Source of the DNA: Tubiluchus corallicola
Lineage: Eukaryota > Animalia > Priapulida
Assembly (NCBI GenBank): GCA_030141605.1
Contig: JAQGDQ010000351.1
Span: forward strand, 124,001-188,000
Direction of reading: 5' to 3'
DNA: 64,000 nucleotides
Positions 29,619-44,649 of this stretch are shown here, in pieces. The translations under genes and the position numbers were made by a program. Positions within the stretch are counted from its first letter, which is position 1, and the number at the start of each line of letters is the position of its first letter. The notes under the pieces were generated by a model, which saw only the letters and a list, made by a program, of their open reading frames with translations, was not told the DNA's origin and did no database searches.

Positions 29619-29730
29619 CAGGGCTGTGGAATCGGTGCATTATGCTCCCGACTTAGGCTCCGACTAATAGAATTTTAAAAGATCCAACTTCAACTCCTAA
29701 AATTTTGCAAGATCCAACTCCGACTCCTGC
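29619..29730 (+). mobile_element. hAT-like MITE remnant
   Basis: CAGGGCTGTGGAATCGG start with CCGACT/CCAACT subterminal repeats. Confidence 0.45.
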
Positions 29731-32700
29731 CTTTAAATAATAGTTTGTAGTACTCTAAATATTTAACTACAGTGGCATTTTATCACACTACCAATTAAAT
29801 CATCAAGCCATTTCTTATGCTCATATTCGTCAAACTATTTATTGATATCCATGTTTTATGGTTCTGCTTGGTAGGCAAAAGTTACGATACTATTTTTTTC
29901 AAGAGGACAAAAGTAGAAAGACTAGCAATGACGACTTACTATGCATGTACGTGATAATACACAAGATAGGCTCAAATTTCACATGAACCACTTAATATGT
30001 CACTCATGCACAATCGTAAATTATCGTATACAGATTAAATCTCTGTAAAGACTTACTTCGTGCATCGAAAACTTATACTAATGTGGAATAAATAACACCC
30101 GGGCGCATATAATCGAGCTAATTTACCGGGAATTAATTTTATAGGTTTTAGACGATCCTATAAACTCTTACACGTGGCAATACTTTTCCAGCGAGATCTG
30201 AGCCATCATCATGAATGAGTGGAAATGCATTACATCGCCGCAGCGCGAAGCATGTTTATTGTTTACACTGTACAATAAAAGTTTACCACCACTCTAGTAA
30301 GTATATTGATGCTGCTGAATCGAAGCGATGTAGTACCGTATCGCGCGCGTGGGCGTGAATAATGAGTCATCAGATCCCAAAACTTAGTAAATCACATACG
30401 TACTACGTACGTCATACGTACAGCACCTACCTGATGCTGTAGAATGAAAACAGAAAGTAATTATCAAGAAGAAAATTAAAATGCAGCTCCATCTTCAAAG
30501 CAGCAAAAAAGACAGATCCAAGAGTCCAACTGCTAGCTACCTTAGTGGTGTTCCAATCTTACTTTGAAGCTTCGGAACTAACCCTCTTACATTAAAAACA
30601 AAGTTTTCTCTACTTTTAGATAACATGACAATTCGTCGTTTTATTTATTATAATGCGAGTATTTCAGTAGCCTACAAAGTACAAAAAGTCAGTGTACCTC
30701 AGTGGTGTACTGGTTAGCATAGCATATTTAACAATTACATTACAGAAAGCAGGTCTTGAGTGAGAGTCCGAGTGGAAATTGAACAATTTCAGACTTTCTA
30801 ATTTAGTAATGCTTTCGTGCACTCGTATGCGTAAACACATAAAGTGATCCTACTACTGCTTGTATGCCTGACAGCTTGTATGAAGCGACTGATAACTAAG
30901 TACTGGATTTCATGGTAGCCGTTAAGACTTTACGACTGCTCACGAGAAATAGAGTACTTGTAACGTTTCATGAGATTACATCTGCATTACACCCTATTTC
31001 AATCTCTCATTATTTCACCTTGGCCTCACACACTGTAAGCAATGTCGCATACTTCGATAGAGAGTGCACGCTTCAATCGCGAATACGCAGTGTAATCTGG
31101 CGACCCCGTGACCAATGATATTGAACCTATACGAAAATCATTTCGTAACCTTGGACTTAAGCACAAGTTTACCTTTGCAAAATATTTCACAACGTTTTTC
31201 GCTTAAGTTTACATTTGGCTGTAAGATCTGTAGGAAAGCTGAGGCACAGACAGGTGAATCAATCACAATTCTTAACATTAACATTACCACTAGCTGTCTT
31301 GTAATTTGCTAATGCCCAACTAAAAAGCTTCTGATTGTTTCAGAAACGAAATGACAAGTTCAATAACATTTCAGTTCTGCATACTAGTCTGCAAGAATGT
31401 AGTAGTAGCTTGAACGCAAGAAGAAACCAGTACACAAGCCCTCCAATACCGTCAATCAGTTTTAAGTTACCAAAAATGTTTGCAAGTTAAGTATTATCAG
31501 TCTAGTTATCATGCAATTATTAAAGAAGGCGTCAAAATTTCATTCTACGCAGAAGAAAATCTACATTAGACTACACACAGCTTGGGTTTGCACAAGAAAA
31601 AGAGCAGTGACGTCAGCGAGCCCAGATTAGCAATCCCTAATCATTCAAAGGTGCTTCTTTCCTCAACAAAATTTTGCAAATCCAAACCGAAATATTGCAA
31701 GTCTCTGCTGCGATTGCTATCTAAACAAAACGGTAAATTATTTTCATTAGTTTTTCTGACAGTTCTAAACTGATTTCAACAGATTCTTGCCGGTTAACTC
31801 CTGCCGAACGAAGCTTCATAGCCTTCGTTCTGTAGCGAATACAGAATTTTGTGGAAGTTTTTTTACCTAACGCTAACAGCGCCAGAAACAAGTTTTCTTC
31901 CCCGCCCGCCACGGGGCGTTGCTTGACAAAATATTGTCAAGTTGTAAGTTGCAATATAGCATTGCATTAATTAAAAAACATATTAAATGCCAACGACAGT
32001 CTAATATGTCTTTGTTTTTAAAACGCACTGAACAAAAAAAGTTTGAACTATTTAAGAAGTACGAAGTTACAATCACTCTACTGATTAAAATTTTTGAAGA
32101 AAATTCTGCTCTTTTCTTCTCCGTCTATGCAAATGTCTAAATTGCCGTTTCTGAAGTTTTAGTTCACTTGGCGTTGTGCTGACGTCACACAGACCTTCAT
32201 GGTTGTCCTAGAAAAATCATGCGCGCCAAAGACAAGATGTCAACAAAGCAAGTGGGATTTTACTGGGGCAGAAAATTTGACACACAAACCGTGATGGTAG
32301 AACGGGTGAACTCTTTCTATGCCGAGGCCTGTGAAACTGAAGTCCATTATTATAGTTTATGCGTTTGAAATTGTTTCGCCTAATCTTCACAGTTTTGGTA
32401 ACGTTTTATCTCGAGTGTACTGTGAGAGAGGCTCTTGATGCGCTAAATAGATGTCATGCCATCTCTAGGCAAACACCAGTAACATACATGTGACTAAACA
32501 GAAGTCCACAGTGATTTCCCCCACACGTGCCTGACGGAAGAGTTTAAACTTAAAAAAGGTTGGTGAACACATTAAGAGATCTACGATCATCCATAGCCTC
32601 TGCCACATGAAAAAACAAACTGAGAAAAAATGAAAGAACAAAATCACTGTGCAGAAAGCCATAGATTTGTTCTGTTCTAACAAATTTACATTGGCCTAAA

Positions 32701-35700
32701 ACAACTTGGACGAGTCAGTGACTAATAAATTTACAAAAAACTTAAATAACTTTTCACCTGCCAAAAGTTAGTGTAATCTCTGCAACAATATCAACTGTTC
32801 TCAGTCTTTCTGACCTTTAAAATTAAAGAGCGATACCAAAACGTTTATGAAGTTAAAATTCGTGAAATTAACAGCAGTGGGTGGTCACTAGTTTCGCAGT
32901 TTATTTGTACAAACACACTGAATATGATCACTGCAGCAGTTGAAAACTATCAAATCGATTTACACAAATTCAACCTTTGCCGTTTAAACTTAATTCAACG
33001 TTCACTAAAATCATTCCGCATTACTTCTGCCAATATCGAAGAAACTTATCCGTCAAAATTGTATTTGAAAGAGGTAAATATTTCTCTGCTGTCGCCAGCC
33101 ATTTAAAGGCGCTATTTTAATCAACTTTCTTTAATTCCTTTACTAAAACCAATTGCACCCATAAAGGCAAATCTACGCTCACTTAAAACGGCACCTAAGC
33201 ACTCGTTAAGCTAATCATGCACAGTATAATAAACGCAGTTGCCTGTATTAACGCATTTTGGCAGAGTGCTAATGCATCACAAGCTTTTTAACTGATTACT
33301 GTGCTTCCTTAGTGAAGGCTAGCGTATTTCTCTGGCTGAAAGCGCGAATATTGGCTCTTAAGCATACACTCACAACAAAAACACGCTTCTCATATCATGC
33401 TACTTAAAAGCAATAATTGTCAGGAAAAGATACGGATGCTGATGCGCCTACACATAACTAGTAAAAGTCAATCACCCTGTCGCATTCGAATGTAAAAAAT
33501 GCTAAAAGAAAAATAAATTCATCACTTTGTAGTACTCAGAATTGGAATGGACAAGATTTGTAATTATAATTTAGACTTTGATCGAACTATGCATGCATAA
33601 TTTGTACATAAATAAATGTTTAGCATATCGGACTACATACTATAAACTTGTTACTCTTGTCGATATATATCACACAATTATGTAGTCAAATTATGTATTG
33701 CCAAATGCAAGTTAATTCCAAGTTATTCTCGCTTTGAATGGAAAATACGACGATATTTTTGACCATGCAGGAGTAATTAAGAAAAGACAAAAAAAGCATG
33801 AAAGATAGAGGGAGTCTCTGTATCTCCCACTAAATCTGGCTTCTGCTCTCAGCAAACTCAGTAAGGAGCATCAGCATATCGTTAGCTTGTATTCATTATT
33901 CCACTAATCAACACTCAAGAGAAAAAAGCAACAGGTGTAATTTTCAAGTGTTTCTTGGTTTAAATGCAATAATTTATTATTTTTACCCCTGCTGGCTGAT
34001 ATGTACCTAGTCTAACATAAGCCTGACAAAAATTACATCATATGCCGCCACACTTCGCAGGACTTTGTTATTGCGGATGTATAAAGCAAATGAAACTGCG
34101 AAGAAGTGAGAAAGCATTTCACGACTTATGAGTGAACGAATGAATGACTGAATAAAACAAACGAAAAGATAAAAACATGAAAGAAAAAGCCAATCAACAT
34201 GCAAATGACGTATAGGCTGATGAATATGTGAATGAACAAACGAAAGAAAAATGCCGGGCTCGTTGCCTGACTGACTAACTGTCTGGCTGGCTAGCTTACG
34301 GATTGACCAAGTATACACCTTTATCTCTATAACAAATAGATCATTTTATATAGGCATACTATAGTGATCAAAAAGACATGACCGCGCTAGTACAAACACC
34401 ACCAATCATTTAGATTTAAACGGGTCAATGATAAACGAAATCATAAAAATAAACCATAATTACATGACAGCCACAAAATTTGCACGTCGAGTATTTTATT
34501 GCCACACATCACACAGAAGTCCAATTATTCGTTACATGCGAATTACGAACAACTCACCAGTTTAATGAAAATATAATAGAAGCGCATTAATAATGATAAT
34601 AACCATATAACATTACAGGAAGCCAGTTATGTGAGAAATCAAGAAATGTCCGAGTTTGTCCGATCTTTCATATAAGTGGGAAAAATATCAGCGACGATAA
34701 TCAGCGGCTGGATACTTATTAGTGCTACTGATCCTTGCACACAATCACGGCACAAACGACAACTTTTACAATGAAGCGAAAGATTTTAGATTGGCTAATC
34801 TTATCCGATCAGTTGGTAATGAAAACCAGCGGCTAATCTAACAAGGATTAGTGCTCAATAAATGTTACTCAGCCGGCAAATCATCGTAATAACACAAGTT
34901 TAGTACGGCGAGTTAGCTAACAAGTGAATAGGGCATTAGTAACACGCGAAGAAAGCAAAATTAAAATGGCTGATTTCGTGATGTTTAATGAATCATGTGA
35001 TTGTCTCTATACTAGGGATGCACAAGGTTCAGGAAACGCAATAAGGTAAATTATTCAGCAAATCGGGATCGTTTATGGCTCGTCAATGCAATACTACATT
35101 CGAATAATTCTGGTGTCGAGCTTTAACTGAATGCTTCAAGATATTATTAAAAGATTACGACGTATATGTAGCTGCCTACGTTAAGCAATACTAGATTCAG
35201 TTAGTAAATCGATGAGTGACCGCCAGGAAAATCTGTATGGCAATGCCTCCAGCTATATCTCTCGATGAAGGAGGTTATCTAAAACGTTTGTAGCCTCATA
35301 CGGTATTATAGATGATACTAAATTATATAAAAACAGTCAGGCAAAAATAATAAAGCAATTTCAAATTAAAATTCCACTCACAGATATGGTCACTTGAAAG
35401 TAAAGTCCGACAGGGTCACAGGAAGAACTCTTGCTACTCTGATAAATCAAAATCCGCCTAAAAGAAAAAAGAGATACTTGGTAACACATTGCCGATAAAA
35501 ATCACATTTTGCAAGAAACACAATTAACGGTTGATTTAAGTGTATAATCTTCACATCTGCACAGTTTTTGCTTTTTGCTATTATAAAAAGTTTCATGATT
35601 TTATGTAGCAGGGTCAATATCTTAACTTCTTGATGACATTGTAAATTTTAAATGCTTTTACTCACATTTTGTATATAGTAATTTATGGTATTTCTAGTTT

Positions 35701-38700
35701 AATCATTGTAAATTAAATTGTATGTTGTTATGGCTTTTATGCTGAAATAAAATAATCAATCAATCAATATGAACAGTACTAGGTAAGAATCTCATCTGTC
35801 AAAGTAGCCGAGAACTACTTTTTATGCTTAAGTACATGAAACAACAAAAAATGCAACCAACTTAGTCGAATCACTCTTTTCAATCAAGCCTGTGTCTGTG
35901 TCATCGAAATTAACATCACATGTCACTAAAATAAGCAAAACCTATCAATAAATTGTATCTATACAGGTTACAAAATTTATATTTCACATATGCACATTTT
36001 CTTAGTTTCTTTTGTATTAAATACAAACTACAAATACAAATCCCTGCTTACTGCAATTTAAAAAAAGGAAAGCCACTCATAAATTTTACTCATACTCAAA
36101 ATTGAGGTTCACAACTAATTAAGTGAAAAGTAAAGAACACACTGTTAAGACAAGAGTTCTTTAGCAAAAAATTACTACTACCACTACTCTACTAGTGTAT
36201 TAGCTTATTATAATGATAGTACTAACCATATATTGAATTATTGTATAAGTTAGCAGATCTTGTATTGCAATACTTTCTAGCAATATGAAGCTGTTCTAGG
36301 TGTGAGGAAAATACTGCTCGCAGACAGCTCGAAGTCACAAGCAGACAAGATTGATTTTCACGCCAAATTTGATACTCTTACCAGCGTAAGATAATTAATA
36401 ATAAAATCTTTCAACAATAATCCAGTTACGCCCGCCGCCATTGAAAAGTTTAACAACTGTAAAATATACTCGTGTGAGGAAAGAATGTTTTTCAGAGACA
36501 ACACAAACCTGCTACTTTAAATGCCTGGGTTGTTAACAGTGTCATCATTACGATATGTACAGTAACAGTGCCACATTTAACACAATGGGCGAGTTAATAG
36601 GATTTGGATACGGGGCTGTAAAATAGCTGTAACAATTTTATTTCAATCTGCTCTGCTTGTAATAAATTAAGTGGCGAATTACGTGACTCAGTGACTGCCG
36701 ATCAGAGTTAAGTTAATAATGATTGGGCGTTTTAAACAACGCATCTCACAATAACTGAGTACTAATGCATTCGACTAATTTATAAACAGCTGTTTAGAAA
36801 TCTGAAATTCTTTTACTTTCTTTACAGCTAATTATTATTATTGGTACTTTGAAGCAATATTTGACAGTACAAAACTGCTTAACACAGGTATAAAATCATA
36901 GGCCTATTAAAACACTGCACTATCGCGGTGAGGAGAAATCACTTGATCTCATTTTCAGAGAGAGGCATAAATTAATACGGCAGCATTTATCTTTTCAACA
37001 AATTACGATACTTTTAAAAGAGTACAGAGCTACAATTTCTCAATCAAGATCAATAAAGGCCTGCATGAGACCTAATACAGTAACTGTAGCACTGTAGCTT
37101 CTACCAAACTGAGATGGGTTATTTATTAATGAAACGATATAAATAACTATTTTTAAACAAAAAGCACCAAAGCGGCTCTAAAGTACAATATGACACTAAT
37201 TTATGATCCTGAGCAAATTTCTCACAAGACGTGTATACATAGCAATATACAGCGTGTAATACAAACCAGTTAAAGTTTGAACATATCAGCTACACTGCCT
37301 TAAAGCAAATAAAGCTCATTGTGTACATTAATAACTAATTCAAATACCTAGCCGGTAAGTAATGCAAGTCACTGTAATTAAAAGCTTATAACCATAAAAA
37401 TCGCAATTACTAGTCTTAAGACACAAATTTCAAGTTAAGTGCATAATTAATGTCATAAAGAAGTCAGCCCTCTCATCTGGTGCTTCTAATCATTCATAAA
37501 CTCAGAAACTTCTAAAGCAAAAACACAAATTAAAACAAAGTAGAAAACTTACTTTTTGAAGGCCAATCAAGCATTAATAATCCAATAAAAGTGATATCAC
37601 TAATCGCAGATGTTCAAAGACTGCAAGCCTATCTTCTTCACAAGTTTAACTAGACGCATCATTAAGTCATTTGTTCATTAGGTGGAGTGTATTTTTATTG
37701 CCAACAGCCCTCGCTAAGTAGTAATGGATCGCTAACTTAGTCAAGTCAGGCACTTCTTCTCTCTGTCCGGCAGTTACTATAAATGTATAGTTTCGTTTAA
37801 TAAAAGTTCAAAGCATAACACTGACGCATCCGATCCATTGTGCACACTATTTAGCAGCCGTCAATCGCTTTCCACCATTACGATCGCTCAATACACGTTT
37901 AACCAGCTAGGCTATATGTTTGCAATGAAGCTTACTCAGCACTGCTGTGATACTCTGTGCTGTATGTACACGGCGCAGTTGACTGCTTGGACGCTTTCAT
38001 CTTCGCAGGGGGTGCTAGGGCCGGCAGATGTGCCGTCACCAGCTGGAAGAACTGCAGCCTGGTACTCAAATTGTAAAATAATTCGATAGCGGTTTGATTG
38101 TAATTTTTCTAAACGTTTTCTATATAGTTCATAATATTTGCAAAGTAACTGCAAAAAACACGTAGGGAGACTGGCAAGGTTAATAAAAGAATTCCCCAAA
38201 CAAATAATAGTGAAATTCAAGCAAAAGTTTGCATATTATTTGCATGGATTAGCTAGGTAAAATATGTTCAGCGATATTCGTTTTTAACGCACTAAATGCA
38301 CTCAATTGCAGTATTTCAAAAGAAAACATAACATGATAACACAATGAACATAAACAATAACTTTAAGTTTCTTAATTAATAGCAATAACTAATTGCCGAT
38401 GCTGTCGTTAGTAGATATAAAACAGACGTTTCCATTAGTACAGTGACAAAGAACCAAAAAAACAGAATCAATTCCGTCATTGGAAAAGAAATTCCAAATA
38501 CTAACCTAATATTTACGCTGCCGTCGCAGGCGTCGCTGAACGTCACGAGCCTCATACAACTGGTATAACAAGCTAGGTACCACCAATACATTCAGCTCAA
38601 AGTTCAATCTGGTGTGGAAAGAATAAATATTACCGCCACGGAGCCGACTGCAGAGTACTTAACACGGCATGCAAGGGTGGGTGCTATGCCTGATGAGTGT

Positions 38701-39719
38701 ATTAAGTTAAGAATCATTGAAACGCTCGAACAAACATTAACCGTTTCGTAATTAGGTAATGAAAAAAAGATCATAATACTGTAATGATCAAATAATCAAA
38801 TTTAAAACAAAAAGCCATAATGGCATATAATTTATTATCTTTTTGACCTCACAATTGAAAAGATGTTTCGAAGCAAGCTTTCGTATATAAAGGTTTTTAA
38901 ACATTGACTTTGTACGCAATGGAAGCCGAAAGAAACACGACGAAAACTGAGTCTTAAAAATTGTATTTCAGTCTTCATATAGATTTTTTCCATCATGTCT
39001 AGACAATGCTAATACATCATTATAATGCTGTATAACATTACACTACTACGTAATACGGAGTACTGTGCTGAAAAGAGGGTCAAATTGCCAATTACAAACA
39101 GATTAGTACTATTATTAGAATACAATAATTGCTTATGAAAAGTTTGATCCATCGCGGCCGTAGAATCCGCGTGGCGCCACCTTTGTAAGAACTGCAACAA
39201 GAACAGAATTTAGTTTAGATACGGTCTCGGCAGAGTAAGTTTTCGGTTGCCCTTTTCAAGGCTGTTTTGCTTGATTCGCGAGAAACATCTGTACTGGTAA
39301 TTATGTGCGCTTTTTTTAGATTGCTTCGTCGTAGTGCATATTTTCGAGTCGGCAAATACAATGTTATAAAAGCTCTCTCTCTCTCTCTTAAATTTACAAG
39401 TTTTGCACAGCTCTCCAACATAAACATATCATCTTATAAACAAATAGAAAGAAAATAAAACAATACATTATTAACCATCTAAAAAACTTCTGTGATCCAG
39501 TATATACTTCAGTGCTTGGTAATTAATGGTCTCATGGTGACGATGATAATGATGTTGGTGACGATAATATTTATTAATATTAACTAATGATCCTAAAATT
39601 ATATCAAAACACTATGAAAAAATATACCCATGAGTTTTGGCCCTAACATTTTCTATTTGAAAGATAAGCAATGATAAGCTACGTTTGAATTTAAATCAAA
39701 TAATTATGATAAGAATTAT

Positions 39720-39814
39720 AATGACGATGACGATGATGATGATGATGATTATGATGATGATGATGATGATGATGATGATGCTGATGATGGCGATGGTGAT
39801 GATGATGATGATGA
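39720..39814. repeat. (GAT)n microsatellite
   Basis: Direct inspection. Confidence 0.95.
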
Positions 39815-41493
39815 TTTCTAAGATCATAACGATGATAATCATGATATTAATTACGATGATTATGACGAAGATAGCTATTATGAGAAAAATGTGATGAGAA
39901 AAAAGAAAACAAAAAAGAAAAACAGGAAAAATACTATGATGACGGTAGAGAAGGAAGGCGATGTTGGCGATGACGTATTTGTCCTTGTTGTTGTTGATAT
40001 TAGTGTGATGACAATGATTGTAATTTGTAACGAGATAGTGACGTGGGAATTACTGGTAATTTAATTGGCTTCACGGTATCGTTTATACAGCAGGCAAACT
40101 TAAACGTTACTCAAGGCTGTCAAATTTTGTTAACAAAACAAATCAACCTTGCGTAATGCGCGCCAATTAGCGCTACCCCATGCGTGGCTCTGGTTTCCGA
40201 TAGGCAAACTATTCTCGTTCCCTTTTAATTAGCATTGTGTCAATGTTTGACAAAAGCCTGCTGCTGCGCTGCTAGTAGAATGAAACCCGTTCTTCGCTTG
40301 CCTGGCTCGTTCTTTTCTTGCGGAGCAGCACCGGGCTTTGACTGAAAATTCTATTTTACAGATCACGCTGTGATCAAACTCTAGCATTTTCTCACTTCCC
40401 CGCTAAACTGTTCCCAACAAAATCAATTTCTGGAAACCTGCGCTACCCGTGACATTTAGTTGACGTAGCTATTTGAGATAAACATTATGTATATTGATTC
40501 AGTCAAAGCAGGCAGAGAGTTTGCCCCAGTGTGATCGATGCAGAGAGCTGAATCTGCCGGGAGATTGAAGGTGAATTGTCCCGCATGTAATTAATGAACA
40601 GGAAAATACTCAGTATCATCAGAACGAAGGACGCGCATGGGATGATGATGTGAGTCATCTGAACCAATGAAGCCATTGTTTGAGGGGCGGATCGCGGAGG
40701 GGTTGGGCCAATTTTTTTGCTACGAGGCGACTGGGGCTATTAATTCTTAGGTACAGGAAACTGTTTTACTTACCAATTATTTGCGAGCTTTGTTTCTGAT
40801 TGTTTTTTCAAAGGCAATAAAAAGATATTAAAAGTTTTATAACACAAGGTTGTACATAATGTGTGTCAGTGTGTGTTTTCATTTGCAGTGCAAATTTAAT
40901 TTGAAGGTATTTTTTCTTAGTTATATAAGCGCGAGGGTACGCTATTACCCCATATTTATTGAAGATAAAGGTGTTATCGTGGTGGTTTAGTTTATTTTAA
41001 TGGGTTTTCTAAAGATGGCAAGTCTCGGGAAACCTCTCTCATATTTTCTATTGTTTGTATGACCAAAGTCATTAAAAGTTTTTAAAGATCGGTGCGGAAA
41101 AGTAATCAGTGTTGACGTTGCTTTGACCTTAAATGATAAATAAATCAGTATTGTATATAATTTCCTATCTGTATTTTTTTAAATACAGGCGTATTTCGAG
41201 TATGACATTACAATAGTAATTGCACGAAATGTCATAACTTCCGTGCAAACTCTTATTGATTAATTAAAACACGTGACAACATTCATTAATCGTACACAAG
41301 CCACAATCTCTTGAAACAAGGTAAAACTGCGAAGGGTTGTGACAATATAAAGCAATTATTGTGTAGGGAACCATCCTCATGAGGATTAGGGCAAGAGCAG
41401 GAACTGTTATATTATTAGAGAAGCCGGCTACGATAAAGCCACTTTAACTGGCCCACAATGAGCTTATAGCGTTTGTATAAAGTGGCAAAAGGT

Positions 41494-41770
41494 TTTACTT
41501 TACTTTACTTTACTTTACTTTACTTTACTTTACTTTACTTTACTTTACTTTACTTTACTTTACTTTACTTTACTTTACTTTACTTTACTTTACTTTACTT
41601 TACTTTACTTTACTTTACTTTACTTTACTTTACTTTACTTTACTTTACTTTACTTTACTTTACTTTACTTTACTTTACTTTACTTTACTTTACTTTATTT
41701 TACCTTACCTTACCTTACCTTACCTTACCTTATGTTTCCTTTCCTTACCTTACCTTACCTTATTTTACTT
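41494..41770. repeat. (TTTAC)n pentanucleotide array grading into (CTTAC)n
   Basis: Direct inspection. Confidence 0.98.
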
Positions 41771-41919
41771 TCATCTATTATCGCTACCAGCGTTATTATT
41801 ATCGTCATCATCAGATCGCTATTACCAACCATCGAATTATGTACTGCAATCACAGAAGTTTTTATAGCTGGTTAAATGTTTTATTTTCTTTTTTACTTTA
41901 CTACATATTACTTTAAATT

Positions 41920-42360
41920 ACTTTATGTTGCATTGTTTTACTTTACTCTGCTTTACTTTACTTTACTTTACTTTGCTTTACTTTACTTTGCTTTACTTTA
42001 CTTTACTTTACTTTACTTTACTTTACTTTACTTTACTTTACTTTACTTTACTTTACTTTACTTTACTTTACTTTACTTTACTTTACTTTACTTTACTTTA
42101 CTTTACTTTACTTTACTTTACTTTACTTTACTTTACTTTACTTTACTTTTCTTTACTTTACTTTACTTTACTTTACTTTACTTTACTTTACTTTACTTTA
42201 CTTTACTTTACTTTACTTTACTTTACTTTACTTTACTTTACTTTACTTTACTTTACTTTACTTTACTTTGCTTTACTTTACTTTACTTTACCTTGCGTTA
42301 TGTTACCTTATCTTACACCGTTTCACGTTACTCCACTCCACTTCACTTCACTTTACTTTT
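41920..42360. repeat. Second (TTTAC)n array
   Basis: Direct inspection. Confidence 0.98.
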
Positions 42361-42910
42361 ATTTTTTTATTTTTTTTTATTTATTATTTGTTTTTTTTAC
42401 TTTCTTTTTCACTTTAAAGATTTGAAATAAATTTCTTACAAATTAATGTTGTATGAAATTTTCGCATTACTTGTGAGAGTTACCGAATACTGATCTTAAC
42501 ATCGTCTGATGGTACAAGAAATCGCGAACCCCATAATCAATAAAAGACCGAGGTTTGCAAGTTGGTTAGGAATGAAGAGCCATTTCGCGGATTTATCTTT
42601 GACTATTGAGGGGTAACGATTAAACCTAATTTGCTACAACAGGTAATTTATTAAATGGCAAATGAAAAAACGCGAAAAAATCTGAATTTTTCTCGATTAT
42701 AAATTCTGTGAGTAACCTATCGTTAATCCAAAGATTATACAATCTGTAACAGATCTACAACTTTCTAAATACACCACTCAACTGCTACAAGTATTAGATT
42801 ACATCAGCGGTTCATAGATGGCGCATATGTGCAGCTAACAAATTATTAAGAAAATAATGGCCAGGTAATAGTAAGCCAGTCTGTGCAACCAGAACGACAG
42901 AAACAGAGAC

Positions 42911-43122
42911 AATGACAACAACAACGACGACCACGATGACGACGACGACGACGACGATGACAACAACAACAACCAACCAATCTAGATGACAATGACCATG
43001 ACTAGGGCAACAGCAATGGCAGCAGCAGCGGCAGCAACAGCACAACAACAACTGCAGCGGCAGCAGCAACGGCAACGGCAACAGCAACAACAGCAGCAAC
43101 AACAACAACAACAATAACAACA
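42911..43122. repeat. Compound (CAA/GAC/CAG)n trinucleotide repeat
   Basis: Direct inspection. Confidence 0.9.
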
Positions 43123-43953
43123 AACCAAACTTAATAGGCAATACTTAATTAGTTAATGATTACAACCACAAAGCCTAGGTTAACTTTTAAACACTCATCT
43201 TCTGCGCATTAAACATTTGGAAATTACTTAAAAAATTCGGAATACATTTAGCTTAAAAAAGTATAATAGTAGTCTACTTGAATATTTATTGCACAACTAA
43301 CAAAAACCCTTTACGTGTTATGATAAATCACAATGAACAGGTCAGTAATAAACTTCAAGTTATCTAGGGGGCAACAATATTAAACTGATACCGCACGCCA
43401 GAAATAATTATTCTGAAAAGGCATTATTAATAAACGTTAACATTGTTCACTTTTGTCAAATGGTTGCTATTAATAACTACTTTTCATTCTTCACTGTAAA
43501 ATCGGATTTTGCTCTCCCATGTGTTGTTTCATTGAGATTTCTGAATTCCGCCCCGTTATGACGGCGAACCTTGTTGAGATAAACATAGAAAATTCAATAT
43601 TCCTGCTGCAGTTAAAGGAGCTTGGTCGTAATATATACGCCTGACGTCATTCGCGGATTCATTGTCAATAATAGGTCCTAAATTATCCTTTACGAGTAAA
43701 TGCCGAAGAGTTTTGCGAGTTAATGCGACGATGGTGGTTACGTCGAAGAACTGAGATATCACAGAGGCGGATTTTATTTGACAGATGATTTCATCTAAAT
43801 CCGCGTTTAGAACAAAACAAAAACAAAAATAACAACAACAACGACGACGACGGCCACAACAAATTAAAAGCAACAACGACAACCACAACAGCAGCAAGTT
43901 AAAAAATTAGAAAGAAAATTATGACCGAGTAATATCAGATTATTGAGATTAAT

Positions 43954-44000
43954 CAACGACGACGACGACGACGACGACAACAACAACAACAACAACAACG
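43954..44000. repeat. (GAC)n(AAC)n microsatellite
   Basis: Direct inspection. Confidence 0.9.
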
Positions 44001-44649
44001 ATGACTACAATTACGATCACAAGAACAGCCAAAAGCAAGAGCCACAACCGCAACAGTAACAGCAACATTTGTAATGTAGTATACGCGTTCATTTGAGAGT
44101 GTAGAGTACGTGCGTATATGGTTGCGTGAAATGCTTTAAATAAAAACTTGAAAACTCTCTAAAAGCCAAAAATGTGAAAAAAGGAACAAAAGCGAAAGAT
44201 ATCTTCACCTAATTCACGGCATGGGATAAAAATCAGTTTTAATTAAGTGATCTTTTTCGACTGATGTTGAATGGACGAATTATGAGATTAAGTAATAAAT
44301 CACTAGATTTTTTTATGTAATACGTTCCATAACATTATTACTTTCAATTCATGCAGACCTGTTATTAAGAGGAACATTCTTTTATAAAACTATATAATAA
44401 CGATTAAACGATTTTGACAAGCCTTACTAGTGCTTCTCAGATCTGTTTATGCAATAATTGGCTTACACTATATATGTTATTACGTATATTGTCATTTTTA
44501 CAGTTGTACCTCTAAACACGCTGAGTTTATATTGAAGTGTAGTAACTAGTCAACTCATATTAACACGCCCATCTAGCTGCCATTCAGGTCCATGGCTATA
44601 AGAAACACAGCTAGTTTTTATATAGAATTTTGATATACATATACATATC

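Noticed and set aside
39685-39894. Poly-Met ORF, likewise poly-Tyr 1561-1836, poly-Leu/Val 42812-43141 and poly-Asp 59245-59475
   Set aside because: Trinucleotide repeat artefacts. The last is the RTE LINE tail.
41473-42430. ORFs with LLYFT repeats
   Set aside because: Translations of (TTTAC)n
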